The position numbers and the translations under genes were made by a program. Below, piece by piece: positions 6,581-14,952 of a stretch of DNA of 34,542 nt. Each line of letters begins with the position of its first letter. The stretch's first letter is position 1. This DNA is from Acidobacteriota bacterium (GTDB lineage Bacteria > Acidobacteriota > Blastocatellia > HR10 > J050), in contig RFHM01000475.1 in NCBI GenBank assembly GCA_003696865.1, positions 1-34,542 on the forward strand, in the 5' to 3' direction. The notes below the pieces were generated by a model. That model made no database searches and was not told the DNA's origin. It was given only the letters and a program-made list of their open reading frames with translations.

Positions 6581-7507
6581 TGTCTTAATGCAATTTGCAT
6601 ACCGTGGAGAGAGTCGAAGGACCAGATTGGCAACTCGCTCATGAACGGAATGTTACATGGCACATGCGGAACCCGCATCAGTATGGCTCCTGGAGTCACT
6701 GGCCATATATCGTCACCAAAGAGGTTGATTATCCCCCGAAGGAACTCACCAGCTCATTGATCCACAATAAGTTACGTTATTGGCGACGTATCACCAGTAA
6801 GTGACTGAATATCGCCAGAAGCGACAGTGGAAGAGAAGCAAGCAGGAAAGTTCAACACTTCTCACACAAATACGCTCTCCCAATCCTGCAGAATTCTTTT
6901 CCTCCCCTCCCCCTCCTCACCCCGCTCCTCCGGGCAGGAATGCCCATCTGCTTCACACGCCTTCCGAGAACATCTTGACCAACCTTACCAGGATTTGATC
7001 ATCCTCTATGAGCATAACCAGCAAAGAGCATCGCTGACACAGACGCCGGTTCCCCGCAGCCCTGGCGATACCATGCCCATCGCTGGGAGCAAGTGCACGC
7101 TCATGAGCGCCCCCCGTCGTTGTTCATCGTGATCACCTCACCGGTTGGCACGCCTCAGGCTCAAACCATGTGACCCTTTGCTATTGAGCTTCTGTGAAGC
7201 GAACGAATGAATGATCAAGCTTTCCGACCATCCGTGTGGAAGGGCGGGAACCTGTGGAGAAACTCCCGCGGGAGTAGCTTGCACTTGGCGGCCATGTGGA
7301 TCTTCTTGGACCGTGCCGGATTGGTATGAAGGCTCGTCCTTTCCGTTCGGCGAAGTACAGCAACAGCCTGGAGCAATACACGGACTTTCCTTTCGCGACA
7401 AGAAGATGGCTCACAATGGGATTTCCCGCACATTTCAATCATCGTAGCCGACCTTCGTCCTTTTGCTCGTCCACCTTGTCATCGCGCCTTCCCTCTGCGT
7501 ATGATCA

Positions 7508-8443
7508 ATGTTTGCCGTTATGATGGGACGGATTTTCGTTCGACGGCTGGTGCTCGTCCTGCCGGTCATCTGGGCGGTGGTGACGCTCGTCTTCCTCCTC
7601 ATCCATATGGTACCCGGCGATCCCGTGCTCACCTATCTCGGCGAACGGGCTACGCCCGAACAAGTGGCCGAGATGCGCCACCGCTTCGGCCTGGATCGTC
7701 CCCTGTGGGAACAGTACATACACTACTGGCAACAGCTTCTCAAAGGGGATCTGGGGATCACTTTCTTCGATCGGCGCCCGGTCACGGAGAAGATTCTCGG
7801 ACGCTATCCGGCGACGATGGAGCTGGCGCTGGCTGCCCTCGTCGTCGCCATCTCCTTCTCCATTCCTCTGGGTGTGACCGCGGCCACACATCAAGGGAAG
7901 TTCGCCGATAGTATCGCATCCGTGGTCGCTCTGGTCGGCATCTCTCTCCCCAATTTCGCGCTGGGCCCGCTGATGATCCTCCTGTTCGCCGTGAAGCTGC
8001 GCTGGCTGCCCGCCTCGGGCATCGGTGGGCTCAATCACCTCGTCTTACCGGCGATCACCCTGGGCGCGGCGCTGGCCGCCATCCTCACGCGCATGGTCCG
8101 CTCCAGCGTCATCGAAGAACTCCGACAGGAATACGTCAAGACGGCTCGCGCCAAAGGACTCACCGAGCGCATCGTCATTTACAAGCACGTGCTCAAGAAT
8201 GGACTCATCCCGGTGGTGACCATCGTCGGACTCCAGTTCGGCGTGCTGTTGGGCGGAGCGATCATCACCGAACGCATCTTCAACTGGCCGGGCATCGGCA
8301 CGCTGACGATCGAGGCTATTTATGCGCGGGACTACCCTCTCGTCCAGGGGTGCATTCTGGTCATCGCGCTCACCTACGTCCTGGTCAATACGGCCACCGA
8401 TGTGGTCTACCGTCTGCTCGATCCGAGGATCAAGGTGGAATGA
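7508..8443 (+). CDS. ABC transporter permease, oligopeptide/dipeptide (DppB/OppB) family
   Basis: 311 aa. RIFVRRLVLVLPVIWAVVTLVFLLIHMVPGDPV...RFGLDRPLWEQY is a typical DppB/OppB N-terminus. The EAA-like region is VKTARAKGLTERIVIYKHVLKNGLIP. The start could instead be ATG 7520 or 7523. Confidence 0.85.
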   Translation: MFAVMMGRIFVRRLVLVLPVIWAVVTLVFLLIHMVPGDPVLTYLGERATPEQVAEMRHRFGLDRPLWEQYIHYWQQLLKGDLGITFFDRRPVTEKILGRYPATMELALAALVVAISFSIPLGVTAATHQGKFADSIASVVALVGISLPNFALGPLMILLFAVKLRWLPASGIGGLNHLVLPAITLGAALAAILTRMVRSSVIEELRQEYVKTARAKGLTERIVIYKHVLKNGLIPVVTIVGLQFGVLLGGAIITERIFNWPGIGTLTIEAIYARDYPLVQGCILVIALTYVLVNTATDVVYRLLDPRIKVE

Positions 8444-8612
8444 ATCACGTCCGGGAGAGGCGAAAGGCTCTCCGCTGGAGGCGAAAGATGAGCACCGAAA
8501 CCGGCCATCGAGAGACCAAGGGCACCAGGAGCGATTGCGGCTCCTCTTCTCCGCTCTGCCCGACATCTCGGCCACGGGAGACTGCGCCCCGACAGGGCGT
8601 CGATCACGCATC

Positions 8613-9422
8613 ATGAATCGACTGGCGAAAATTGGCTTGATCATCATCATCGTCCTGTTCATCGTGGCCATCTTCGCTCCCCAATTGGCGCCGGAGAGCA
8701 TCACGGCACAACAGCTCTCGGCTCGGTTGGAGGGACCATCCCTCGCTCATCCATTGGGGCGCGATCAATTCGGACGGGACCTCCTCTCTCGCCTCATCTT
8801 CGGCGCACGGGTCTCGATGCGCGTGGGGGTGACCGTGGTGGTCATCTGCTCGGTGATCGGCACGCTCATCGGGGCGATGGCCGGCTATTATGGCGGTTGG
8901 ATCGATCGCCTGGTCTCGGCGTTCATCTTCAACACCTTCCTCGCCTTTCCCGGCATCTTGCTGGCCATTGCCATGATCGCTTTTCTCGGACCCAGTCTCA
9001 ACAATGTCATCCTGGCCCTCTCGATCATCGGCTGGGTGAGTTATGCACGACTCATTCGAGGGCAGGTCCTCAAGGTCAAAGAACAGGATTTCGTCGTCGC
9101 CGCCCGAGCGCTGGGTTCGGGCGATCTTCGCATCGTGTGGCGGCACATCCTTCCCAATGCCATTCAACCGCTGATCGTCCAGGCCACGCTGGGCATGGCC
9201 GGAGCCGTACTGGCGGAGGCGGGATTGAGTTTTCTCGGTCTCGGCGTGCAAGAGCCGATGCCGAGCTGGGGCAAGATGCTCGATGCCGGCCGAGCCTACG
9301 TGACGATGGCGCCCCATATGGTCATCTTCCCCGGCCTGGCCATCATGATCACGGTGATGGCGTTCAACTTCGTCGGCGATGGCCTGCGGGAATGGCTCGA
9401 TCCGCAGCAGAAGAAAATTTGA
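8613..9422 (+). CDS. ABC transporter permease, DppC/OppC family
   Basis: From ORF 8322..9422. The first 97 codons are R/S-rich junk, so the start is placed at ATG 8613 (MNRLAKIGLIIIIVLFIVAIFAPQLAP...). Conserved LGRDQFGRDLLSRLIFGARVS and VVAARALGSGDLRIVWRHILPNAIQP segments. Confidence 0.85.
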   Translation: MNRLAKIGLIIIIVLFIVAIFAPQLAPESITAQQLSARLEGPSLAHPLGRDQFGRDLLSRLIFGARVSMRVGVTVVVICSVIGTLIGAMAGYYGGWIDRLVSAFIFNTFLAFPGILLAIAMIAFLGPSLNNVILALSIIGWVSYARLIRGQVLKVKEQDFVVAARALGSGDLRIVWRHILPNAIQPLIVQATLGMAGAVLAEAGLSFLGLGVQEPMPSWGKMLDAGRAYVTMAPHMVIFPGLAIMITVMAFNFVGDGLREWLDPQQKKI

Positions 9423-9462
9423 TGCCGGCCACCATTGAGCCTATAATCCTTGAGAATCACTC

Positions 9463-10461
9463 ATGGAACCAGCGATTCAGATCGAGCATCTGACCAAAAT
9501 CTTCGAGCGCCCGCTCCCTCGCTTGCGGCGTCTGCTGCGGCGGCCGGGCGAGGACCAGGTCGTAGCGTTGAATGACGTCAGTCTCACCATTCATGGAGGC
9601 GAGATCTTCGGTCTCGTGGGGCGGAATGGCGCCGGGAAGACGACGTTGGTCAAATCCATCGCTGCCCTCATCCAGCCCACGCGAGGCACGGTGCGCGTCT
9701 TCGGCCTGGACACCGTCGGTCACCCCCAAGAGGTAAAGCGTCATATTGGATTGGTGACCTCTGATGAGCGGAGCTTCTACTGGCGGCTCACCGGTTGGCA
9801 AAATTTACTTTTTTTCGCCCGACTCCATGGCATGGATGAGGCCGAGGCCCGTCGTCGCATTGAGGAATTGCTCGATCTCTTCGATCTCCGGGAGTTGAGG
9901 CATCGTCGGTTTCACGAGTACTCCACCGGCAATAAACAACGATTGGCGCTGGCTCGCGCGCTGTTGACCGATCCTCCGCTCATGCTGCTCGACGAGCCGA
10001 CGCGCAGCCTCGATCCCATCGCTGCCGATGAACTCCGGCGACTCATCCGGGAGCGAATGAACCATCTGGGTCAGAAAACCGTGTTGATGACGACGCATAA
10101 TCTGGCCGAGATCGAGCAACTCTGTGATCGCGTTGGGATTCTGAGTCAGGGGCGGTTGAAAGCCTGTGCTCCACTTCACGAACTCCAGGCACAATATGCC
10201 GTTCACGAAGAGGTGACGATTCGAGCCCGGTGTTCTCGAGGCGAAGACGGTTTGCAGGAACTTCGCGCGTCCATCCCCACGCTGTCGTGGACATCTCCAT
10301 CTCCGGGCATCATCGAGATCGTCTTCTCTCGACACGTCCAAGATGGAACGCTCACCATGGTGTTGGAAAAGCTCCTGGCCCGAGGAGCCGAGATCATGAG
10401 GTGTGAGGCGCATCGAATGGGCTTGAAAGACATCATGGAACACATCGAGCAACAGGGATGA
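9463..10461 (+). CDS. ABC transporter ATP-binding protein (ABC-2/DrrA-like exporter type)
   Basis: 332 aa. Walker A GRNGAGKTT, signature-like YSTGNKQRLALARAL, Walker B LMLLDEPTRSLD, H-loop MTTHN. Its stop overlaps the start of the next gene (10458-10461). Confidence 0.9.
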   Translation: MEPAIQIEHLTKIFERPLPRLRRLLRRPGEDQVVALNDVSLTIHGGEIFGLVGRNGAGKTTLVKSIAALIQPTRGTVRVFGLDTVGHPQEVKRHIGLVTSDERSFYWRLTGWQNLLFFARLHGMDEAEARRRIEELLDLFDLRELRHRRFHEYSTGNKQRLALARALLTDPPLMLLDEPTRSLDPIAADELRRLIRERMNHLGQKTVLMTTHNLAEIEQLCDRVGILSQGRLKACAPLHELQAQYAVHEEVTIRARCSRGEDGLQELRASIPTLSWTSPSPGIIEIVFSRHVQDGTLTMVLEKLLARGAEIMRCEAHRMGLKDIMEHIEQQG

Positions 10462-11264
10462 TGAAGCGATCGTTGAATATCATCTGGGCCTTTCTCGTCC
10501 GCGATGCCACGATGGCGTTGAGCTACCGGCTGGAATTCGGTCTGCGGGTGGCCTCGATTCTCTTCCTCGTCTCGGCGCTCTACTTCCTCTCCCAGTTGAT
10601 CGGCCACCATCCGGCGCTCGATCCTTACGGAGGGTATCTTCCCTTCGCCGCCATAGGATTGGCCGTGGTCAGCTACTTCCAGACGGGATTCAACAGCTTC
10701 GCCAATGCCATCAGGACGGAGCAATTGATGGGCACGCTGGAAGCCGTCCTCATGACGCCGACGCGCATTTCGATGATCGTCATGGGCTCCTCGGTGTGGA
10801 GTTTCCTCTGGGCGACGCTGACGGCGGTGATTTACATTGCCGCGGCCAGTCTGCTCTATGATATCGAACTGCGGGGGAATCCTCTTCTCGCTCTCGTCCT
10901 GCTCGTGTTGACGACGCTGGTGTTCGCCAGTCTGGGGGTCATCTCGGCCAGCTTCATCGTGGTGTTCAAGCGCGGCAATCCCATCGGATTTCTCGTCGGC
11001 GCCATCTCGATGTGGCTCGGTGGCGTGTTTTATCCAGTGAGCGCACTTCCCCCCTGGCTCCAGAAGGTGTCCTACCTGCTCCCCATCACCTATGGGCTCG
11101 ATGGCCTGCGCGAAATCCTGCTCCAGGGCGCGTCATTCTCGGCGGTGTGGCCGGAGCTGCTCGTGCTATCCGGCTTTGCCGCCGTCAGCGTCCCTCTGAG
11201 CCTTTATTGTTTCAACCGCGCCGTCCGGCGTGCACAACGGGAAGGGAGTTTGTTACAATACTGA
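10458..11264 (+). CDS. ABC-2 type transporter permease
   Basis: 268 aa with about six hydrophobic segments. ATGA-type overlap with the upstream ATPase. Typical ABC-2 layout (RDATMALSYRLEF..., ...LLPITYGLDGLREILL). Confidence 0.8.
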   Translation: MMKRSLNIIWAFLVRDATMALSYRLEFGLRVASILFLVSALYFLSQLIGHHPALDPYGGYLPFAAIGLAVVSYFQTGFNSFANAIRTEQLMGTLEAVLMTPTRISMIVMGSSVWSFLWATLTAVIYIAAASLLYDIELRGNPLLALVLLVLTTLVFASLGVISASFIVVFKRGNPIGFLVGAISMWLGGVFYPVSALPPWLQKVSYLLPITYGLDGLREILLQGASFSAVWPELLVLSGFAAVSVPLSLYCFNRAVRRAQREGSLLQY

Positions 11265-11332
11265 TCCCGACAGGGAACGTCCTCTCGAGGGGACGAGAGA
11301 CTTTCGAGGAACGCCGATTGGCGGGCCTCAAT

Positions 11333-11938
11333 ATGAGCGCCACTCCGATGACACAACGACCAACACCGGGCGTGAAATTCAAAGATATCACCTATGGCCT
11401 TCTCGGTTTCGTGGTCGGGTTCTCGCTCAGCTTCATCGCCACCAATGCCATCCAGCGCGAGACGGTGCTCGGCCGCGGAGCGGCCACGACGGCTCAATTG
11501 CCCTCGGACCATCCGCCCATCGATGGAGGATCGACGGGATCTTCTCGGCCCGAGGAGAGCGCCCTTCCTCCGGGTCACCCTCCTCTCTCGGAAGCCGCAT
11601 CGAGTCGCCCTCCGGCATCCATGGCGCCTCCTCCTCTGCCCTCACTCGAACCGCGTCCTGGACCGGGTCCAAAAGCCGAGGCCGTGTTCCAGGACATCCA
11701 GGTGTTGAAGGGACTCCCCCCCAAAGACGTTCAACGCATCATGGGGATCATCACCGTCTCGCTGGGAGTCGATTGCAACTATTGTCACGCTCCCGGTTCG
11801 TTCGCCAGTCCCCATCCGAAGAAAGAGACGGCCCGAAAGATGTTCCGGATGGTTCGGGAACTGAACAGGAAGTTCCTCGGTGGGAAGGTGAATTGTTACA
11901 CCTGTCATCGAGGATCGCCCAAGCCGCCGACGCAGTGA
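11333..11938 (+). CDS. Membrane-anchored c-type cytochrome resembling the photosynthetic reaction-centre cytochrome c subunit family
   Basis: From ORF 11012..11938, which overlaps the permease. I chose ATG 11333 (in frame). It has a TM anchor (ITYGLLGFVVGFSLSFIATNAI), a Pro/Ser-rich linker, then FQDIQVLKGLPPKDVQRIMGIITVSLGVDCNYCH and KVNCYTCH (two CXXCH motifs). The family call is from memory of the PF02276-type pattern. Confidence 0.65.
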   Translation: MSATPMTQRPTPGVKFKDITYGLLGFVVGFSLSFIATNAIQRETVLGRGAATTAQLPSDHPPIDGGSTGSSRPEESALPPGHPPLSEAASSRPPASMAPPPLPSLEPRPGPGPKAEAVFQDIQVLKGLPPKDVQRIMGIITVSLGVDCNYCHAPGSFASPHPKKETARKMFRMVRELNRKFLGGKVNCYTCHRGSPKPPTQ

Positions 11939-12033
11939 GGATGAGGCGACGGGTTGGGAAAGCGTGAACGAGAGAACACCCTATCATCGACCGGCTCGGC
12001 CATTGGTGCGCCTCGGCGCTCGCTTCTCTACGG

Positions 12034-13323
12034 TCAGATGCGCATACCCGGCGGGATCACAGCGTTCTGAGGAATGATGACGATCCCTTCCCGGATGTAA
12101 TACCCTTGACCGTCCAGACGATCGATGCCCGCTTCATTGAGGATCTGGGCGCCCGCGCCAATGCGCGCATTTCGATCGATGATGGCATCACGGATGACGG
12201 CACCTCGACCGATACCCAGGATAGGGCGCCCCTGCCGACGATCGGCCTCTATTTCCTCGACGGTCTGAAACCAGCTCGCTCCCATGACGATCGTCCGTTC
12301 CAAACGGGCGCCCGGCTCGATTCGCGTGCGAATCCCCACCACACATTGGTGCAGACGAGCTCCCCAGAGGATCGATCCCTCGGCGACCAGACAGTCGGTG
12401 ATCTCACACTGGCGAATCTTCGCCGGCGGAAGCCAGCGGGGCTGAGTGTAGATGGGCGAATGTGGATCGTAGAAACTGAACTTGGGCTCGGGCCCAACCA
12501 GATCCAGGTTGGCTCGGTAAAATGAACCGATCGTGCCGATCTTCTCCCAGTAGCCCGAGAATCGGTAGGCCCGGACGTCGTACATCTCCACGGCGCGCGG
12601 AATCAATTCCATCCCGAAATCGAAGAGTGGCGTCGTCTCGTCCAATAATTGACGAAGAACGGATTTTTTGAACACATAGATGTCCATCGACGCCCAATAG
12701 GCCGGCGCGTCATCTTCCAGATACCCCGACTGCATCTCGGCCAAAGCCTCTCCGCGAGGTTGCTCTCGATAGAGGCGGACGCGTCCGCGCTCGTCCAGTT
12801 GGACGATGCCGCAAGCCGATGCCTTGGCTTCCGGCACCAGCGTCACCGCCAGCGTCACATCGGCTCCCGTCTCCCAGTGATGATGGAGCACGTCTCGATA
12901 ATCCATCCGGTAGAGATGGTCTCCCGGCAAGATCAAGTAGGTATCTGCCTCCCAGGGATCGAAATGTCGCCACGCCCGTCGCACGGCGTCCGTCGTGCTC
13001 TGAAACCAGTCTCGATGTTCGAGCGTCTGTTCGGTGGGCAAGATATCGACAAAGGCGCGACTCAACCCACTGAATCGATAAGTGCGGGCAATGTGTCGGT
13101 GCAGCGACGCCGTGTTGAATTGGGTGAGAATGTAGACCTTATCCAGCTCCGAGTTGATGCAATTACTCACCGCCACGTCGATGATCCGATACTTGCCCGC
13201 CAATGGGATAGCGGGCTTGGCTCGACGGGCCGTCAGGGGAAACAGCCGAGCGCCTTGCCCGCCTCCCAAGATAATAGCGAGAACGTCCTTGGTCGATCGC
13301 TCCTCGCGCATAGATTGACTCAC
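12034..13323 (-). CDS. glgC: Glucose-1-phosphate adenylyltransferase
   Basis: 429 aa. VLAIILGGGQGARLFPLTARRAKPAIPLAGKYRIIDVAVSNCINSELDKVYILTQFNTASLHRHI closely parallels the GlgC N-terminus. The C-terminus is a left-handed beta-helix region. Confidence 0.9.
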   Translation of the reverse strand: MSQSMREERSTKDVLAIILGGGQGARLFPLTARRAKPAIPLAGKYRIIDVAVSNCINSELDKVYILTQFNTASLHRHIARTYRFSGLSRAFVDILPTEQTLEHRDWFQSTTDAVRRAWRHFDPWEADTYLILPGDHLYRMDYRDVLHHHWETGADVTLAVTLVPEAKASACGIVQLDERGRVRLYREQPRGEALAEMQSGYLEDDAPAYWASMDIYVFKKSVLRQLLDETTPLFDFGMELIPRAVEMYDVRAYRFSGYWEKIGTIGSFYRANLDLVGPEPKFSFYDPHSPIYTQPRWLPPAKIRQCEITDCLVAEGSILWGARLHQCVVGIRTRIEPGARLERTIVMGASWFQTVEEIEADRRQGRPILGIGRGAVIRDAIIDRNARIGAGAQILNEAGIDRLDGQGYYIREGIVIIPQNAVIPPGMRI

Positions 13324-13433
13324 CGGAGACGACTGATCCGAAACCGACCAGCCGAACGAATGGGATTGATGTGAACGCGACTCACCACCGTGCCTTCTCT
13401 TCGGACACCAGACAAGGCAGGCTCTCCCCGCTC

Positions 13434-14618
13434 TCAGACCTCCCTCTGTTCGTAGAGCGTCATGTACAATTGAATCTGATTGAGCAGCGTCTCTCGAGAG
13501 ATAATGCCCAACAATCGCCCATCCTCAATGACGGGGAGCTGATTGATATTCTCCGCGTTCATTTTCTCCATGACATTAATGGCCGATTCGTCGGGACGCA
13601 CCCATTTCAATTTCTCAAAAGGCGTCATCGCCGCCGCCACCGACGTGGTGTGCCACTCCGTGCGCGGGACGGCAGAAACTTCCCTGGGCGTGATGAGCCC
13701 GAAGACTCGGGAGCCCTCGGTGACCACGTAACAGCGCCGTCCCGTCCTCAGCAGGTAATCGTGGACGAAATCGGTCAACGAGATGTAAGGCGGCACGGTC
13801 GGGCATTCCCGGCTCATCAAATTGGCGGCGACGATGCCGGCCAGCGCGTCACGCAACGTCAACTGGGCGACATTGGCCTGAGCGGCATTCAGCAAGAACC
13901 ATCCGATGAAAGCAATCCACAGTCCGTTGATGAGAAACCCTTGAAAAACCTCCCAAATCCCCAGAAAGATGAATCCATAGGAAATGAGTTTCCCGATGTT
14001 GGCCGCCGTTCGCGTCGCCGAATTGAAATCGCCTTTCCGCCACCACAGAATGGAGCGCAGGACGCGCCCTCCATCCAGAGGGAATCCAGGAATCAAATTG
14101 AACAAGGCCAAGAGAACATTGATCCAGGCCAACCAGCGAAAGGCTTCGGCCAGCGGCTGATTGACGTTCCCGGCGACCGCCGAGAGAAACCAGAACAGCC
14201 CACCAATGACCAGGCTGGAGAGCGGCCCGACAATGGCAATTTGAAATTCGGCCGCTGCGGTGGCCGCCTCGCGCGAGATCTGGGAGATGCCTCCGAAGAC
14301 GAACAAGGTGATGGATCGGACCGGAATGCCCTTGGCCAGCGCCACCAGACTATGGGCCAACTCGTGCCCGATGACGGAAATGAAAAAGAGGACGCTGGTC
14401 AGTACCCCGATGGTCACATTCGTCCCCACGGACCAGTGGGGATACTGTTGCGAGTAGTAGTACACCAGAGAGACGGTGATCAATCCAAAAGCGATGAGCC
14501 ACGTCGAGTGGATCCCAATGGGGATGCCTTTGAATGTGCCTAGTCGTAACGATTGCTGCATGCGCTCTCGCTCCTGGAGGACACTCCGATTCCGCCGCCG
14601 GAATTCATCTGCTGCCAA
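13434..14618 (-). CDS. Site-2 protease family (M50) zinc metalloprotease with a C-terminal CBS pair
   Basis: 394 aa. HExxH motif (GHELAHSLVA), NLIPGFPLDGGRVL motif and multiple TM segments. The C-terminal CBS-like region is ...CPTVPPYISLTDFVHDYLLRTGRRCYVVTEGSRVFGLITPREV...INQLPVIEDGRLLGIISRETLL. The true start may be the internal ATG at 14561 (MQQSLRLG...). Confidence 0.85.
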   Translation of the reverse strand: MAADEFRRRNRSVLQERERMQQSLRLGTFKGIPIGIHSTWLIAFGLITVSLVYYYSQQYPHWSVGTNVTIGVLTSVLFFISVIGHELAHSLVALAKGIPVRSITLFVFGGISQISREAATAAAEFQIAIVGPLSSLVIGGLFWFLSAVAGNVNQPLAEAFRWLAWINVLLALFNLIPGFPLDGGRVLRSILWWRKGDFNSATRTAANIGKLISYGFIFLGIWEVFQGFLINGLWIAFIGWFLLNAAQANVAQLTLRDALAGIVAANLMSRECPTVPPYISLTDFVHDYLLRTGRRCYVVTEGSRVFGLITPREVSAVPRTEWHTTSVAAAMTPFEKLKWVRPDESAINVMEKMNAENINQLPVIEDGRLLGIISRETLLNQIQLYMTLYEQREV

Positions 14619-14952
14619 CCTGCCGGTTCACTATTCTACTATTATGGGTCCTCCCGGTCACTGAGGACGTCTCCCTTGGACATCCCGCACCAAATGTTCG
14701 TGCTCGGAGACTGTCCGTCCCCTATGAGGCGTCGCCCGGGTGGTCGCTTCATGAACGCTCATGCCATCACCGGCGCGGGCCGACCGGAGTGGGGTCCCTT
14801 CCTCAGCGATGGATGACGTTGCTCCCCGAGCGAAGACGCGATATGGAAAAACGCCGATCGTATTCCACAAAGATAACACCATATTCTGCAGCAGGAGGGT
14901 CACGCCTCCAACATAACGGTCACGCTCAATCGGATGCTGAGACTCAGGGGAT

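Noticed and set aside
6562-6678. 38-aa minus-strand ORF MRVPHVPCNIPFMSELPIWSFDSLHGMQIALRQSGKFF upstream of the precursor, considered as a possible second precursor
   Set aside because: It has no GG or other leader motif, no SD and no similarity to the precursor. Its stop lies in the loop of the inverted repeat. Probably fortuitous.
6953-7015. 20-codon response-regulator-like start (MLIEDDQILVRLVKMFSEGV*)
   Set aside because: It is too short. I could not continue it convincingly in any frame after the stop, so it is mentioned only as a possible gene remnant and not annotated.
7505-9317. Minus-strand ORFs 7505..8038, 8045..8704 and 8604..9317 (177-237 aa)
   Set aside because: They are D/E/R/H-rich and antisense to clear DppB/DppC-type permeases, so they are shadow ORFs.
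11012-11332. N-terminal extension of the cytochrome ORF (from 11012) and the overlapping 245-aa ORF 11230..11967
   Set aside because: The extension overlaps the ABC-2 permease out of frame and is R/P/A-rich. The alternative frame lacks CXXCH motifs. Starting at ATG 11333 gives a sensible TM anchor.
12649-14543. Plus-strand ORFs 12649..13374 (241 aa) and 13371..14543 (390 aa)
   Set aside because: They are antisense to glgC and the M50 protease, with low-complexity R/D/G/Q-rich composition.
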